Below, in pieces: positions 19,379-29,405 of a stretch of 47,156 nucleotides of DNA. Source of the stretch: Desulfobacterales bacterium. Lineage in GTDB: Bacteria; Desulfobacterota; Desulfobacteria; Desulfobacterales; C00003060. The position numbers were made by a program, and so were the translations under genes. Every line of letters begins with the position of its first letter. Position 1 is the stretch's first letter. The DNA is taken from assembly GCA_032126655.1 (NCBI GenBank), contig JAQBAU010000059.1, positions 1-47,156 of the forward strand, read 5' to 3'. The notes under the pieces were generated by a model that ran no database searches, was not told the origin of the DNA, and saw nothing but the letters and a program-made list of their open reading frames with translations.

Positions 19379-20137
19379 TCGGAGTTGGCGGAAAAAGTCT
19401 CCAACAGCTTCAACGCCATCAGCATCTAAAACCCGCAGGGCTTGACTACCCACGACGGCCACTTCTACTTTCCCTTTCAAGAAGTCCACGTCCTCTTTCA
19501 GGCTGACACCAAATCCCAATGCCAAAGGGAGTTCTGTCACTTTCCTGCAGCGGTCGAGATATTCATCCAGCTCTGAAGAAAAGCTGGTCTTGGCGCCGGT
19601 GATCCCTTTTCGAGCAACACAGTAGAAAAAGCCGCGGCCAAAACCTGCCAAGTAGGATAGACGGTCCGGCGTGGTGGTTGGGGAGAGAATGAAAATGGAA
19701 TCCACGCCGTGGGCCAAGGCAGCCTGCACATAGCTCTCCCCTTCTTCAGGAGGAATGTCGGGCACAATTGCCCCTTGGATCCCTGCGTCTTTAGCCTCGG
19801 CAAAAAAACGCTCCTCGCCTCGCTTGAACACTACATTGTAGTAAGTCATAAAGAGAAACGGAATATCGAAGGCCTGGGTAACGCGATGCGCAAAAGCAAA
19901 GGAATCATTCACCTTGATCCCGCTGGCGAGGGCAGCCTGATTCGCCTTCAGTATGACAGGGCCGTCAGCGATCGGCTCGGAAAAGGGAATCTGCAATTCC
20001 ATCAAGTCCACACCAGCTGAAACGATGGTCTTCACCAGCTCGAAACTGCTTTCCAAATCAGGATAGCCCACGACCACGTGAGCCATCAGCAAGAGACCTT
20101 TTTCACTCACTTTTTGCCGAATATAGTTTTCAAGCAC
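19376..20137 (-). CDS. trpA: Tryptophan synthase alpha chain
   Basis: GYP, ELQIPFSEPIADGP, GITG, GFG, VVGS. Confidence 0.93.
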   Translation of the reverse strand: MLENYIRQKVSEKGLLLMAHVVVGYPDLESSFELVKTIVSAGVDLMELQIPFSEPIADGPVILKANQAALASGIKVNDSFAFAHRVTQAFDIPFLFMTYYNVVFKRGEERFFAEAKDAGIQGAIVPDIPPEEGESYVQAALAHGVDSIFILSPTTTPDRLSYLAGFGRGFFYCVARKGITGAKTSFSSELDEYLDRCRKVTELPLALGFGVSLKEDVDFLKGKVEVAVVGSQALRVLDADGVEAVGDFFRQLR

Positions 20138-21359
20138 TGTACGCCTCCGCCTTGGCGGTAATGAAATCCTTCCAGCTTACATCCCCGAGTGCGTCTGCAA
20201 TCGTGAAAATATCTTTATCGCCGCGACCCGACAGGTTCACAAGTATCACATCATTTCTGGACATTTGAGGGGCCTCTCTGAACGCGCCCGCCAATGCATG
20301 GGCAGATTCGAGGGCTGGAATAATCCCCTCCTTTTTCATCGTCAGCCGGGTAGCCGCCAGAACCTCGTCATTGGTAGCTACTTCGAATCTTACCCGACCC
20401 TCTTCATGATAGGCAGACAGGATAGGCGATACTCCAATGTAATCCAATCCGGCTGCCACACTGTGCGTCTCCACCATTTGTCCGTCGTCATCCTGCAAGA
20501 AATAGGTCTTGTATCCCTGAGCTACACCTACATCGCCATCAGTTGAAGCCAGGCGCGACGCGTGCCTGCCCGTTTCCAGCCCTTCTCCCCCGGCCTCGAC
20601 GCCTACAAGTTCCACCTGTGGGTCACTAACAAAGCCGCTGAAAATGCCGAGTGCGTTCGACCCTCCGCCCACACAGGCATACACCCGTGAAGGTAGCCGA
20701 CCCACTTGATTGAGCACCTGTTCCTTGGCTTCCTTGCCAATAATCGACTGGAAATAGGAAACCATCTCTGGAAACGGATGCGGACCGCACGCAGTTCCCA
20801 GCACATAGTGCGTGGTGTCCATATTGGTGGCCCAGTCTCGCAGGGCCTCATTTATAGCATCTTTCAGGATACGGGCCCCGTCCTTGACCGGAACCACAGT
20901 CGCCCCTAATTGCTCCATCCAAAAGACGTTAGGTCGCTGGCGGGCTACGTCCACCTCGCCCATATATATCGTACAATCAAACCCGAATTTTGCAGCCATG
21001 GTGGCCGTTGCCACTCCGTGTTGACCGGCTCCGGTTTCAGCAATGACTCGCCCCTTCCCCATTCTTTGAACCACGAGTCCCTGGCCCATCACGTTATTTA
21101 GTTTATGAGCACCCGTGTGATTCAAGTCTTCACGCTTAAAATAGAACTCCGGCCCATTGAATTGGCGCGTCAGGTTTTCTGAATACGTGACGGGGGTTGG
21201 CCGGCAGGAATATGTGGACAACAAATTTTGATATGTCCCCCAGAAGGATGGATCCTGCTTGACCTGTTCAAACACGCCCTTCAGTTCCTCAAAAGTAGCA
21301 ACGAGGATTTCCGGAATGAAGGCCCCTCCGAACTGCCCATAGTATCCTGGTCTTTTCAT
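20130..21359 (-). CDS. trpB: Tryptophan synthase beta chain
   Basis: KREDLNHTGAHK, AETGAGQHG, VGGGSN, NLSGRGDKD. ATG 21359, or GTG 21368. Confidence 0.96.
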   Translation of the reverse strand: MKRPGYYGQFGGAFIPEILVATFEELKGVFEQVKQDPSFWGTYQNLLSTYSCRPTPVTYSENLTRQFNGPEFYFKREDLNHTGAHKLNNVMGQGLVVQRMGKGRVIAETGAGQHGVATATMAAKFGFDCTIYMGEVDVARQRPNVFWMEQLGATVVPVKDGARILKDAINEALRDWATNMDTTHYVLGTACGPHPFPEMVSYFQSIIGKEAKEQVLNQVGRLPSRVYACVGGGSNALGIFSGFVSDPQVELVGVEAGGEGLETGRHASRLASTDGDVGVAQGYKTYFLQDDDGQMVETHSVAAGLDYIGVSPILSAYHEEGRVRFEVATNDEVLAATRLTMKKEGIIPALESAHALAGAFREAPQMSRNDVILVNLSGRGDKDIFTIADALGDVSWKDFITAKAEAYSA

Positions 21360-21428
21360 GGCACGCACCTAAAGAAATTTGTTTAAATCAGCAATCTCTC
21401 TACAATGAAATCTACGAATAGGCTTGCA

Positions 21429-21507
21429 GATTCTGGATTCTGGATTCTGGCTAAAGAGTAACTGATTCGTGTTCTATCAAGTATTCAGAGACCAGCATCC
21501 AGCATCT
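21429..21507. repeat. Heptamer-tandem inverted repeat between trpF and trpB
   Basis: (GATTCTG)x3 facing (CCAGCAT)x2. Confidence 0.6.
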
Positions 21508-21523
21508 GTTCTTATGCAAAACC

Positions 21524-22168
21524 TCACGATTTCCTGGTCTGCCGCACAGCTTGAATGAAATGAGCTATTTTAGCATGATCCTTTACTCCAGGCTTTTGTT
21601 CGAGGCCACTGCTGGCATCCACAGCATAAGGGTCCGCCGCCCTGATGGCAGCAACGACATTGTCCGGGTTGAGTCCGCCGGCTAAGATGATGCGCCCGTA
21701 TTTTCGGGCAGCATGAGCGAGGCCCCAGTCAAAGGTGACGCCGGTGCCCCCGGATTGACCGGCTACATAGGTGTCCAGCAAAAAGGCTTCCACAACGCCA
21801 ATGTATTCGGAGCAGATTTGCAGGTCGTCCTCGTTCTGCACCCGGAAAGCTTTGATAACCCGACGTCCAAACCCTCCGCAGTAGCTGACGGTCTCCTTTC
21901 CATGGAATTGAAGCAGGTCGAGATCACAGAAATCGGCAGTGTATGCCACCTTTTCGGGGTCCTCATCCACAAAGACACCCACCGTTTGGACAAGAGAAGG
22001 GAGGGTCTTGATAATCTCTCGTGCTGCCTCTGGAGAGACCTGTCGCGGGCTTGGAGCAAAAACAAAACCAATGGCATCAGCGCCCAGCTGAGCGGCAGCT
22101 AAGGCATCTTCCGAGTTGGTTGTGCCGCAGACCTTGATCCACACAGCCCGAGGGTTGTCAGACATCAT
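21524..22168 (-). CDS. trpF: Phosphoribosylanthranilate isomerase
   Basis: IKVCG, GFVF..SPR, QFHG, GGTG..FDW, LAGGL..DNV, VDASSG. Confidence 0.95.
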   Translation of the reverse strand: MMSDNPRAVWIKVCGTTNSEDALAAAQLGADAIGFVFAPSPRQVSPEAAREIIKTLPSLVQTVGVFVDEDPEKVAYTADFCDLDLLQFHGKETVSYCGGFGRRVIKAFRVQNEDDLQICSEYIGVVEAFLLDTYVAGQSGGTGVTFDWGLAHAARKYGRIILAGGLNPDNVVAAIRAADPYAVDASSGLEQKPGVKDHAKIAHFIQAVRQTRKS

Positions 22169-22944
22169 GACTTCCCTCTCAGTTCTTTGAGCTTCTGCTC
22201 GGGATCGGTGGCACGCATAAGGCTCGTTCCAACCAACACCGCGTCTACCCCCCCAGCCGCAAGAGTCTCTATGTCAGCGCGTTCGTTAATACCGCTCTCG
22301 CTTACGACTAGTCGACCTGTCGGTATCAGGGGGCGCAGCCCCAGGGTTGTTTGCAGATCGACCTCAAAGGTCTGGAGGTTGCGGTTGTTGATACCAATGA
22401 TTCGGGCATCAGTGGCCAACACCCGGATCAGCTCTTCCTCGTCGTGCACCTCCACCAAACACTCCATGCCGAGTGAACGAGCGGTTTTCAGCAGACTGAC
22501 GAGAGAATCCTGTTCGAGCACAGAAGCGATTAACAAGAGCGCGTCCGCACCGGCAGCTCGCGCAGCAAACACCTGCACGGGGTCAATGATGAAATCCTTA
22601 CAGAGTACCGGCAAATGGCTCTTGTCGCTTGCCTCGCGAAGATATTCCAATTTTCCGTCAAAAAAGTCTTCCTCAGTAATTACCGAAAGCGCCGCAGCCC
22701 CCCCCTTTTCATAACTTGAAACAAGAGCCCCTACATCCAATTCAGAACAAATCACCCCAGCCGAAGGAGAAGCTTTTTTGATCTCAGCAATGACTGCTGG
22801 CATCCCCCCGTCTTGCAGGGCATGAAAGAAATCGCGGGGCGGTGGCGCAGAAGCCGCAGCCTTCTCCAGATCAGAAAGCGAGTGCTTCTGTTTCAGCGCA
22901 TCCACCCGCTGGCGCTTTTTGGCTATAATCTCATCAAGAATCAT
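22165..22944 (-). CDS. trpC: Indole-3-glycerol-phosphate synthase
   Basis: IAEIKKASPS, KDFI, EVH, GINNRNL, SESGI, LVG. Confidence 0.96.
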   Translation of the reverse strand: MILDEIIAKKRQRVDALKQKHSLSDLEKAAASAPPPRDFFHALQDGGMPAVIAEIKKASPSAGVICSELDVGALVSSYEKGGAAALSVITEEDFFDGKLEYLREASDKSHLPVLCKDFIIDPVQVFAARAAGADALLLIASVLEQDSLVSLLKTARSLGMECLVEVHDEEELIRVLATDARIIGINNRNLQTFEVDLQTTLGLRPLIPTGRLVVSESGINERADIETLAAGGVDAVLVGTSLMRATDPEQKLKELRGKS

Positions 22945-22974
22945 ATTTCTTCTCGTAGAAAAAGAATCAAAGAA

Positions 22975-23112
22975 CTATCACGAAAGCACGCACTGTTTTC
23001 AAGGCGTAAGCCGCAAACGAAAAGAGAAACACGAAATAGAAAATAATATAAACTTTTCGTGTCTTTGTCTCTTTCGTGTTTTGCGGCATGCGCCTTATAC
23101 TGAGGCGTGATA
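22975..23112. repeat. Long imperfect palindrome of CACGAAA/TTTCGTG units between trpD and trpC
   Basis: AAGGCG..GCCGCAAA..CACGAAA facing TTTCGTG..TTTGCGGC..CGCCTT. Confidence 0.55.
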
Positions 23113-23140
23113 AGTCTTCTCTTTAAACCGACCTACTGCC

Positions 23141-24202
23141 CTACTCTTTATACTCGTTAGTGATCTTCTTCATTCCTTCCAGCTTTTCCAAGGCACGTCC
23201 TGAGTCAATTGACTCTGCAGCAAGAGTGATACCCTCCGAAAAATCCCCGGCCCGTCCTGCCGCCACGAGCGCAGCAGCAGCGTTAAGCAGCACCATATCT
23301 CTCCGGGCACCCGGCTCACCTTTCAGCACACTCAGCACAATACCGGCATTCTTCTGTACGTCGCCACCACGGATGTCATTCAAATCGGCGCGAGACATGC
23401 CGAAGTCCTCCGGCTCGATCATGTATGTACTCACTTCACCGTCCTTCAGTTGACTGACCTGGGTCTTGCCGATGATGCTGATTTCGTCAAGGCTACCTTC
23501 CCCGTATACCACGAAGGCACCGCGCGAACCCAGCTTGTTTAGAACCTCGGCCAGAACCGGCGTCAGGTCCTTCTGGTAGACGCCAAGAACCTGGACATTT
23601 GCCCCTGCGGGGTTGGTGAGGGGTCCCAGGATGTTGAATATGGAACGGATACCGATCTCTCGACGGGGCCCAATGGCATACTTCATGGCCCCGTGCAAAG
23701 CAGGTGCATACAAAAAGCCAATCCCGACCTCGTTGAGACACTTCTCGACTACAGCAGGAGGGACATCCAAGTTTACACCGAGGCTTTCAATGACATCCGC
23801 GCTTCCGCATTGGCTGGAAACAGACCGGTTGCCGTGCTTGGCCACGCGCAGCCCACAGCCGGCGACCACAAAGGCCGTCGTTGTTGAGACGTTAAATGTG
23901 TTGGTGCCGTCTCCTCCGGTACCACAGGTATCAATTACCGTCTCCATATCCAGGTTGATATCGTCCCGGTCTATGGTTACCAGCGCGTCATCGGCTTTGA
24001 TGTGCGTCGCTTTACGGCGCATGACCCGTGCAGCCGCTGTGATTTCCTCCACGGTTTCCCCTTTAAGGCGCAAGGCCGTGATGAAAGCACCTATCTGGGC
24101 TGGAGTTGCCTCACCGCTCATGATCGCGTCCATAACAGCTTCCATCTCTTCTTCCTGCAAATTGGTGCCGTTTACTACTTTTTGGATGGCTTCCTTCAGC
24201 AT
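23141..24202 (-). CDS. trpD: Anthranilate phosphoribosyltransferase
   Basis: [38 protein letters not shown]. Confidence 0.96.
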   Translation of the reverse strand: MLKEAIQKVVNGTNLQEEEMEAVMDAIMSGEATPAQIGAFITALRLKGETVEEITAAARVMRRKATHIKADDALVTIDRDDINLDMETVIDTCGTGGDGTNTFNVSTTTAFVVAGCGLRVAKHGNRSVSSQCGSADVIESLGVNLDVPPAVVEKCLNEVGIGFLYAPALHGAMKYAIGPRREIGIRSIFNILGPLTNPAGANVQVLGVYQKDLTPVLAEVLNKLGSRGAFVVYGEGSLDEISIIGKTQVSQLKDGEVSTYMIEPEDFGMSRADLNDIRGGDVQKNAGIVLSVLKGEPGARRDMVLLNAAAALVAAGRAGDFSEGITLAAESIDSGRALEKLEGMKKITNEYKE

Positions 24203-24251
24203 AATCTTCCCCCTTTGCCGATCGTAGTACACTTATTGACACGAAAGCTTC

Positions 24252-24815
24252 TCATAGATCCAAGAAGTTCTGTAAAATATTCATCCCCTCTTCGGTCAGG
24301 ATAGACTCCGGATGGAATTGTATCCCATGCACCGGGTAGTCCCGGTGCCTCAGCCCCATGATCTCACCGTCCTCTGTCTTTGCCGAGACTTCCAAACAGG
24401 ATGGAAGGCTTTTCTCTTCAACGGCCAGAGAATGGTAACGGGTGGCAACAAAAGGGTCGGGCACGCCATGGAAGACACCGCGTCCGTCATGGTGAATTTG
24501 CGAAACCTTACCGTGCATCAGGTGTGTAGCACGAACGATCCGGCCGCCAAAAGCAACTCCCATAGCCTGATGACCCAGACAGACTCCGAGGATGGGCAAT
24601 TCCTCATGGAAGTGCTGGATCAAGGATATGATTATCCCTGCTGATTGTGGGGCGCCGGGTCCAGGAGAGATAACGATCCGTTCCGGGGCCATGGACTGAA
24701 TCTCTTCAAGGCTCGTCTTATCATTGCGTTGCACCCGCACATCAGCACCCAGTATCCCCAGGTACTGAACAAGATTGTACGTAAACGAGTCATAGTTATC
24801 GATCATTAATATCAA
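24252..24815 (-). CDS. trpG: Anthranilate synthase component II
   Basis: IDNYDSFT, SPGPG, GVCLGHQ, RYHSL, QFHPES. Confidence 0.95.
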   Translation of the reverse strand: MILMIDNYDSFTYNLVQYLGILGADVRVQRNDKTSLEEIQSMAPERIVISPGPGAPQSAGIIISLIQHFHEELPILGVCLGHQAMGVAFGGRIVRATHLMHGKVSQIHHDGRGVFHGVPDPFVATRYHSLAVEEKSLPSCLEVSAKTEDGEIMGLRHRDYPVHGIQFHPESILTEEGMNILQNFLDL

Positions 24816-24832
24816 ATCTCAACCCTCCCAAT

Positions 24833-26311
24833 TCACACCAGTCCATTGTTGGCCATTTCCAAAGCCTTGACCATTGCTTTGCCTTTGTTCACCGTCTCCT
24901 CATACTCACGGGCCGGGTCCGAATCCGCAACGATCCCGGCACCGACTTGCAGGTAAACCCGCCCATTACGTACGAGCATGGTACGAATGGCGATGCAGAA
25001 ATCCATGTTTCCGGAGAAGCCAAAATAGCCAACAGCGCCTGCGTAGAGTCCCCGTCGAGTAGGCTCAAGCTCGTTTATGATTTCCATGGCCCGCACTTTG
25101 GGCGCTCCAGAAACCGTGCCCGCTGGAAAACAGGCGCCCAGGACGTCAAACATATCCAGGTCCGGGGCCAGGTCCCCTTCCACATGGGAAACCAAATGCA
25201 TCACGTGGGAGTACCGTTCCACGATCATCAGGTCCTTTACCTCAACCGTGCCCACAGCGGCCACTCGGCCAACATCATTTCGACCCAGATCCACAAGCAT
25301 GATGTGTTCTGCCTGTTCCTTAACATCCGCACGCAGCTCTTCCTCCAACCGCAAGTCTTCTGCGGGATCTTTGCCTCGTGGTCGGGTACCAGCTATGGGC
25401 CGCAGCGCCACTCGACCGTTCTCCAGCCGGACTAGAACTTCGGGAGACGCACCTATCACAATTTCGCCATCGAACTGTAAGTAATACATGTAGGGAGAAG
25501 GGTTGACCCGTCTGAGGGCCCGATAGATCTCAAAAGGTTCAGAACAAAGATCAGTTTCAAAACGCTGACTCAGGACCACCTGGATCGCTTCGCCCTGCTC
25601 GATGTATCCTTTAGCGGTGCCCACGATACTTTCGAACTGGGCTGGATCCATGTTAGCCGTCAGTTCCAGATCTTCCCGTGAGTCCCTTGGCTGTGGCCGA
25701 GATGATACAGAGGTCTCAAGGAGTCTCTCCGTCTCTTCTATCTGCTGAACGGCCTCGTCATAGGCAGCTTCGCAGTCCACGTCATCCGGAACGTAGCAAC
25801 TAATAACCACCTTGATCGTTTGGGTCAGGTTGTCATAGATGATGACCTGCTCCGGCATCATGAAAGCAGCGTCCGGCATGCCCACATCGTCTGGTCTGCT
25901 TGGCGGCAGGTCTTCAAGAAAGCGCACCATATCATAGCTCATGTAGCCGACGAGACCGCCAAAGAATCTCGGAAGCCCATCCACGGCCTCGCCACAAAAG
26001 CCCTCCATGAGGTTTTTGAGGTAGGCAAACGGCTCAGTCTTGAATTTCTTCTGCTCTCCGTTGCGAGAGGTGAGCTCTATTTCCTCACCACGTACCCTGA
26101 CCACCAACCTGGAACGATGCCCTATGAAACTGTAGCGTCCCCATCGCTCTCCACCCTCTACGCTCTCCAACAGAAACGATTCAGGGCCCTGAGCCAGTTT
26201 TTTGAAGAGACTGACAGGTGTCTCGGTATCACCGGGCAACTCCTGAAAGACTGGGATGACGTTGCATCGCTCTTTTAGCCGAATAAATTCTTCTTTGCTA
26301 GGGTGAATCAC
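24833..26311 (-). CDS. trpE: Anthranilate synthase component I
   Basis: LLES, NPSPYM, PIAGTR, EHIMLVDLGRND, FPAGTVSGAPK. Confidence 0.96.
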   Translation of the reverse strand: MIHPSKEEFIRLKERCNVIPVFQELPGDTETPVSLFKKLAQGPESFLLESVEGGERWGRYSFIGHRSRLVVRVRGEEIELTSRNGEQKKFKTEPFAYLKNLMEGFCGEAVDGLPRFFGGLVGYMSYDMVRFLEDLPPSRPDDVGMPDAAFMMPEQVIIYDNLTQTIKVVISCYVPDDVDCEAAYDEAVQQIEETERLLETSVSSRPQPRDSREDLELTANMDPAQFESIVGTAKGYIEQGEAIQVVLSQRFETDLCSEPFEIYRALRRVNPSPYMYYLQFDGEIVIGASPEVLVRLENGRVALRPIAGTRPRGKDPAEDLRLEEELRADVKEQAEHIMLVDLGRNDVGRVAAVGTVEVKDLMIVERYSHVMHLVSHVEGDLAPDLDMFDVLGACFPAGTVSGAPKVRAMEIINELEPTRRGLYAGAVGYFGFSGNMDFCIAIRTMLVRNGRVYLQVGAGIVADSDPAREYEETVNKGKAMVKALEMANNGLV

Positions 26312-26394
26312 AAAAACCCCCTTTTTGGGTCCTCAGTTTGGCGTTTCTTTGCAGCTTACGCTCTTACCCCTCAGATTGGCTAACCACAGTTCAC

Positions 26395-26427
26395 AAAAAA
26401 GCCGCGAGCATTTTATCAACCCGCGGC
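26395..26427 (-). terminator. Second (distal) terminator in the trp leader
   Basis: GCCGCGGG...CTCGCGGC followed by T6. Confidence 0.7.
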
Positions 26428-26435
26428 CCTTCAAT

Positions 26436-26472
26436 AAGAAAAAGCCGTGGGTAAGGAGCTTCCCCACGGCTT
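26436..26472 (-). terminator. First (attenuator) terminator in the trp leader
   Basis: AAGCCGTGGG...CCCACGGCTT followed by TTTCTT. Confidence 0.85.
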
Positions 26473-26502
26473 GGAATGCCTACCGGAGAACCCGGTTACC
26501 TC

Positions 26503-26583
26503 TCAGGCAGTGGATAAACCCCTCCTGCACCACCACCAGCACCAATTGCTCTTCCTCTCCTGTTGTACTAGATAACCGGACAT
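26503..26583 (-). CDS. trpL: Trp attenuator leader peptide, 26 aa: MSGYLVQQERKSNWCWWWCRRGLSTA
   Basis: GAGGAG SD and 4 Trp codons (3 consecutive), upstream of terminators and trpE. TTGACA at 26637-26632. Not in the ORF track. Confidence 0.9.
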   Translation of the reverse strand: MSGYLVQQERKSNWCWWWCRRGLSTA

Positions 26584-26714
26584 TCTACTCTCCTCATTTG
26601 CGGTGCTTTTTTAGTATGAAACCTTTCTCCATGTCAAGAAAAAATTTGGCTGGCTCATCTATAGGACTGTCGTCAATTGGTGCCCTTCATGGGTATCCTT
26701 AGGTGGCAATCATA

Positions 26715-27563
26715 TCAACGCTTAGGCATGTTTCTCTTGTCGCGGAAAAGACGCTTCTCACGCTTACCCTCAATCTTGTTGGTGAACTGCTTAATCGTTT
26801 CAAAATAGCGTTTCCCAGCTTGGATCATGATCGTGTTGTGATCAGCACCAGGTACCACCTGAAACTCTTTACTGCGTGCCGCGCACTCAACCTGCAGGAG
26901 TTCTGCACTCGTCACAGGAATGAACTGGTCGTGCTGGGCGTGAATGAAAAGGGTTGGTTTGGCAAACTGGGCGATCTTTTCATTGTTCTTTAGTCCATCC
27001 GCCTCTGTGATGCCCAGAGCCTGTGTGTCAACCCCCAGACAGCTCAGAAGCGGGACAGTGAGGGCAAAACCACTCTCAACAATGAGCCCCGATATGTCGT
27101 CTTCGTTTGAAGCCGCCAGTTCTATTGCGCAGGCGCTCCCCAGGGAACGACCCATGATCACAAGCGGCCCCGTTCGATTCTCGGCCTGCAGCCAGTTTAG
27201 AACCTCCTTGAACACGACGTGGGCGTCTCGCATCATAGACGTAACCGTGGGTACCCCGCCACTCTTCCCGTAGCCTCGGTAGTCCACTATGAGGAAGCTT
27301 AACCCATGTTCGTTATACATGGGGCCGATGCTGTCATAATCAGCGACGATTTCACCATTGCCGTGAAAAAACAAGATGTTCGGATCTCCCGTACCCGCCA
27401 TGTGGAAGCGGGCACCGATGCGAACCCCCTCTTCCACAACAACGTCATGATCTACGGCACTGGGTGGGGGTTCCGAGTCGTACTCTTGCCGAGGATGGAA
27501 AATCACCTGAAGGACCCCAGGCTGATCCAATTTTGCGTAACCGAATTGATGGCCGGTCATCAT
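26715..27563 (-). CDS. Alpha/beta hydrolase (ABHD17/BEM46-like)
   Basis: FFHGNGE, DYRGYG, nucleophile elbow GRSLGS, IHAQHD, GADHN. Confidence 0.88.
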   Translation of the reverse strand: MMTGHQFGYAKLDQPGVLQVIFHPRQEYDSEPPPSAVDHDVVVEEGVRIGARFHMAGTGDPNILFFHGNGEIVADYDSIGPMYNEHGLSFLIVDYRGYGKSGGVPTVTSMMRDAHVVFKEVLNWLQAENRTGPLVIMGRSLGSACAIELAASNEDDISGLIVESGFALTVPLLSCLGVDTQALGITEADGLKNNEKIAQFAKPTLFIHAQHDQFIPVTSAELLQVECAARSKEFQVVPGADHNTIMIQAGKRYFETIKQFTNKIEGKREKRLFRDKRNMPKR

Positions 27564-27718
27564 AGCTCCTGATTCGAAATTTGAGACTGCCTTACACGTT
27601 CTGCCAGAGACACTCCAGCTTATGTAACAAGCGATTGATTACCACACTCTCCTCTTCTGAGGCAACCACCCTTCGGCTGTGACCAGACATGGCAGCTTAA
27701 GCCATGAGGCAAAAAGTC

Positions 27719-27747
27719 TTGAAAGATCGTCCGCAATCTTATATAAG
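27719..27747 (+). promoter_or_regulatory. Putative sigma70 promoter of the HD-GYP...ddl operon
   Basis: TTGAAA-N17-TATAAG. Confidence 0.5.
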
Positions 27748-27866
27748 TAAAGGGTTTTGTGCGGGGGCTGGAGTCTTCCAGCATGGTGGGGCCTTGTCTC
27801 ATAGAGATGGGCTGTTCATCTCAAGACAGGATCCTGTCCAACATGCCTATTAAAGGAGAAAAGGGA

Positions 27867-29405
27867 TTGCCAGAAGACAGGGCGCTACAAGAACAGATTG
27901 AAAAACTGAACCAGATCGGCATTGGCCTTTCCAGTGAAACCAATCTTGAGGATCTGCTTGAACTGATTGTCTTTGAGGCGAGGGAGTTCACCGGTGCAGA
28001 CGGTGGCAGTCTGTACATACTGGATGAGGACGAAACGCTTTACTTCAATGTAAGCCAGAACGACACTCTCAGCCGGAGACCCGATCCTCCTCCAGGGTTC
28101 AAACCTTACCCCCTAACTCTCTCCAGGGAGAGCATTGCGGGCTATGTAGCCATAACAGGAGAAATTGTTAACATAGAGGACGTTTACAGCCTGCCAAGTA
28201 CCGTGCCGTACAGATTCAATCCTGACTTCGACATGCGTAATGACTATGTGACCCGATCTATGCTTGTTGTGCCTATGAAGGATCGCGAGCAAGAAATTCT
28301 GGGAGTCCTTCAGTTGATTAATCCGATGGACGAGACAGGTAAGATCTTCCCTTTCCCAAAGTCCGTCGAACACCTTATCATGTCGCTGGCATCACAAGCA
28401 GCCGTAGCTATCCGAAATGCCACATTGATTGCAGATATTAAGGCATTATTTGAGGCCCTGATTCGGTATTCTGCCACGGCCATTGATGCTCGAAGTCCTC
28501 ACACCGCAGGTCATTCCAGACGGGTGGCAGCCTACTCCAGGGCTATTGCACAGGCCATTGATGAACAAAGCACCGGGCCCTTCGCCGGTGTGTCTTTCTC
28601 ACGCGAGCAGTTAGAGGAGCTTTCATATGCAGCTTGGTTGCACGATATAGGCAAAATCGGTGTCCCCGAGCAGATCTTGGATAAGAACAATCGACTCAGC
28701 GACGAGGCAATGGAAAGCATTGTCAACCGTTTTGAGCTCATTAAGGCCTTCAAGCTAGGTTTTGTGGGCGAGGGCACCAGGGACCCTTCGACTACGGAGC
28801 CCTCTGGCCAGGGGGGCAGGGAAGAACGGTCCATTGACGGAGCAGGTGAAGGATCAGGGAAAGCCGCGCAGCAAATACAGGAGGAGCTAAGTCTGATCCA
28901 AAACGCAAACCGATCCAATTTTCTCTCAGATGAGGATTTTGCAACCCTGCAAAGCATAGCATCCAAGACCTACAAGAACTTGGCCGGGGATACGATCCCG
29001 TATCTGTCTGACAAGGAAGTGGAGTACCTTTCCGTTAGAAAAGGGAATTTGACGGCTGAGGAATACCGAAGGATCCAAACCCACGTCGAACTGACATACA
29101 ATATTGTTGAGAACATCCCCTTTACCAAATCCTTGCAGAATGTCCCTTTCTTTTCAGCTTCGCACCACGAGCTGCTTGACGGAAGTGGTTATCCGAAAGG
29201 ACTCAAAGGGGAGGAAATTCCTCTCCAGTCTCGGATCCTGGCCGCTGTAGACATCTTTGATGCATTAACGGCTGCAGACCGCCCCTATCGCCGTGCCATG
29301 GCTCCTGAGAAGGCCGGCGAAATCCTTAAGGCCGAAGCTAAAGCAGGACGGCTTGACGATGATGTCGTGAACCTCTTTGTAGACAAGAAACTCTACGAGA
29401 TATGA
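27867..29405 (+). CDS. GAF + HD-GYP cyclic-dinucleotide phosphodiesterase
   Basis: GAF (SIAGYVA..FD..NDY.TRSMLVVPM), HS.RV, LHDIGK, HHELLDGSGYP, DIFDALT..RPY. Start TTG 27867 (AAGGAG SD) or ATG 27843. Confidence 0.9.
   Translation: MPEDRALQEQIEKLNQIGIGLSSETNLEDLLELIVFEAREFTGADGGSLYILDEDETLYFNVSQNDTLSRRPDPPPGFKPYPLTLSRESIAGYVAITGEIVNIEDVYSLPSTVPYRFNPDFDMRNDYVTRSMLVVPMKDREQEILGVLQLINPMDETGKIFPFPKSVEHLIMSLASQAAVAIRNATLIADIKALFEALIRYSATAIDARSPHTAGHSRRVAAYSRAIAQAIDEQSTGPFAGVSFSREQLEELSYAAWLHDIGKIGVPEQILDKNNRLSDEAMESIVNRFELIKAFKLGFVGEGTRDPSTTEPSGQGGREERSIDGAGEGSGKAAQQIQEELSLIQNANRSNFLSDEDFATLQSIASKTYKNLAGDTIPYLSDKEVEYLSVRKGNLTAEEYRRIQTHVELTYNIVENIPFTKSLQNVPFFSASHHELLDGSGYPKGLKGEEIPLQSRILAAVDIFDALTAADRPYRRAMAPEKAGEILKAEAKAGRLDDDVVNLFVDKKLYEI

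Noticed and set aside
19118-19506. Short ORFs across the aroF-trpA gap
   Set aside because: They translate MITE copy C or the antisense of trpA.
26325-26702. 125-aa plus-strand ORF
   Set aside because: It is antisense to the trp leader and terminators and has no recognisable motifs.
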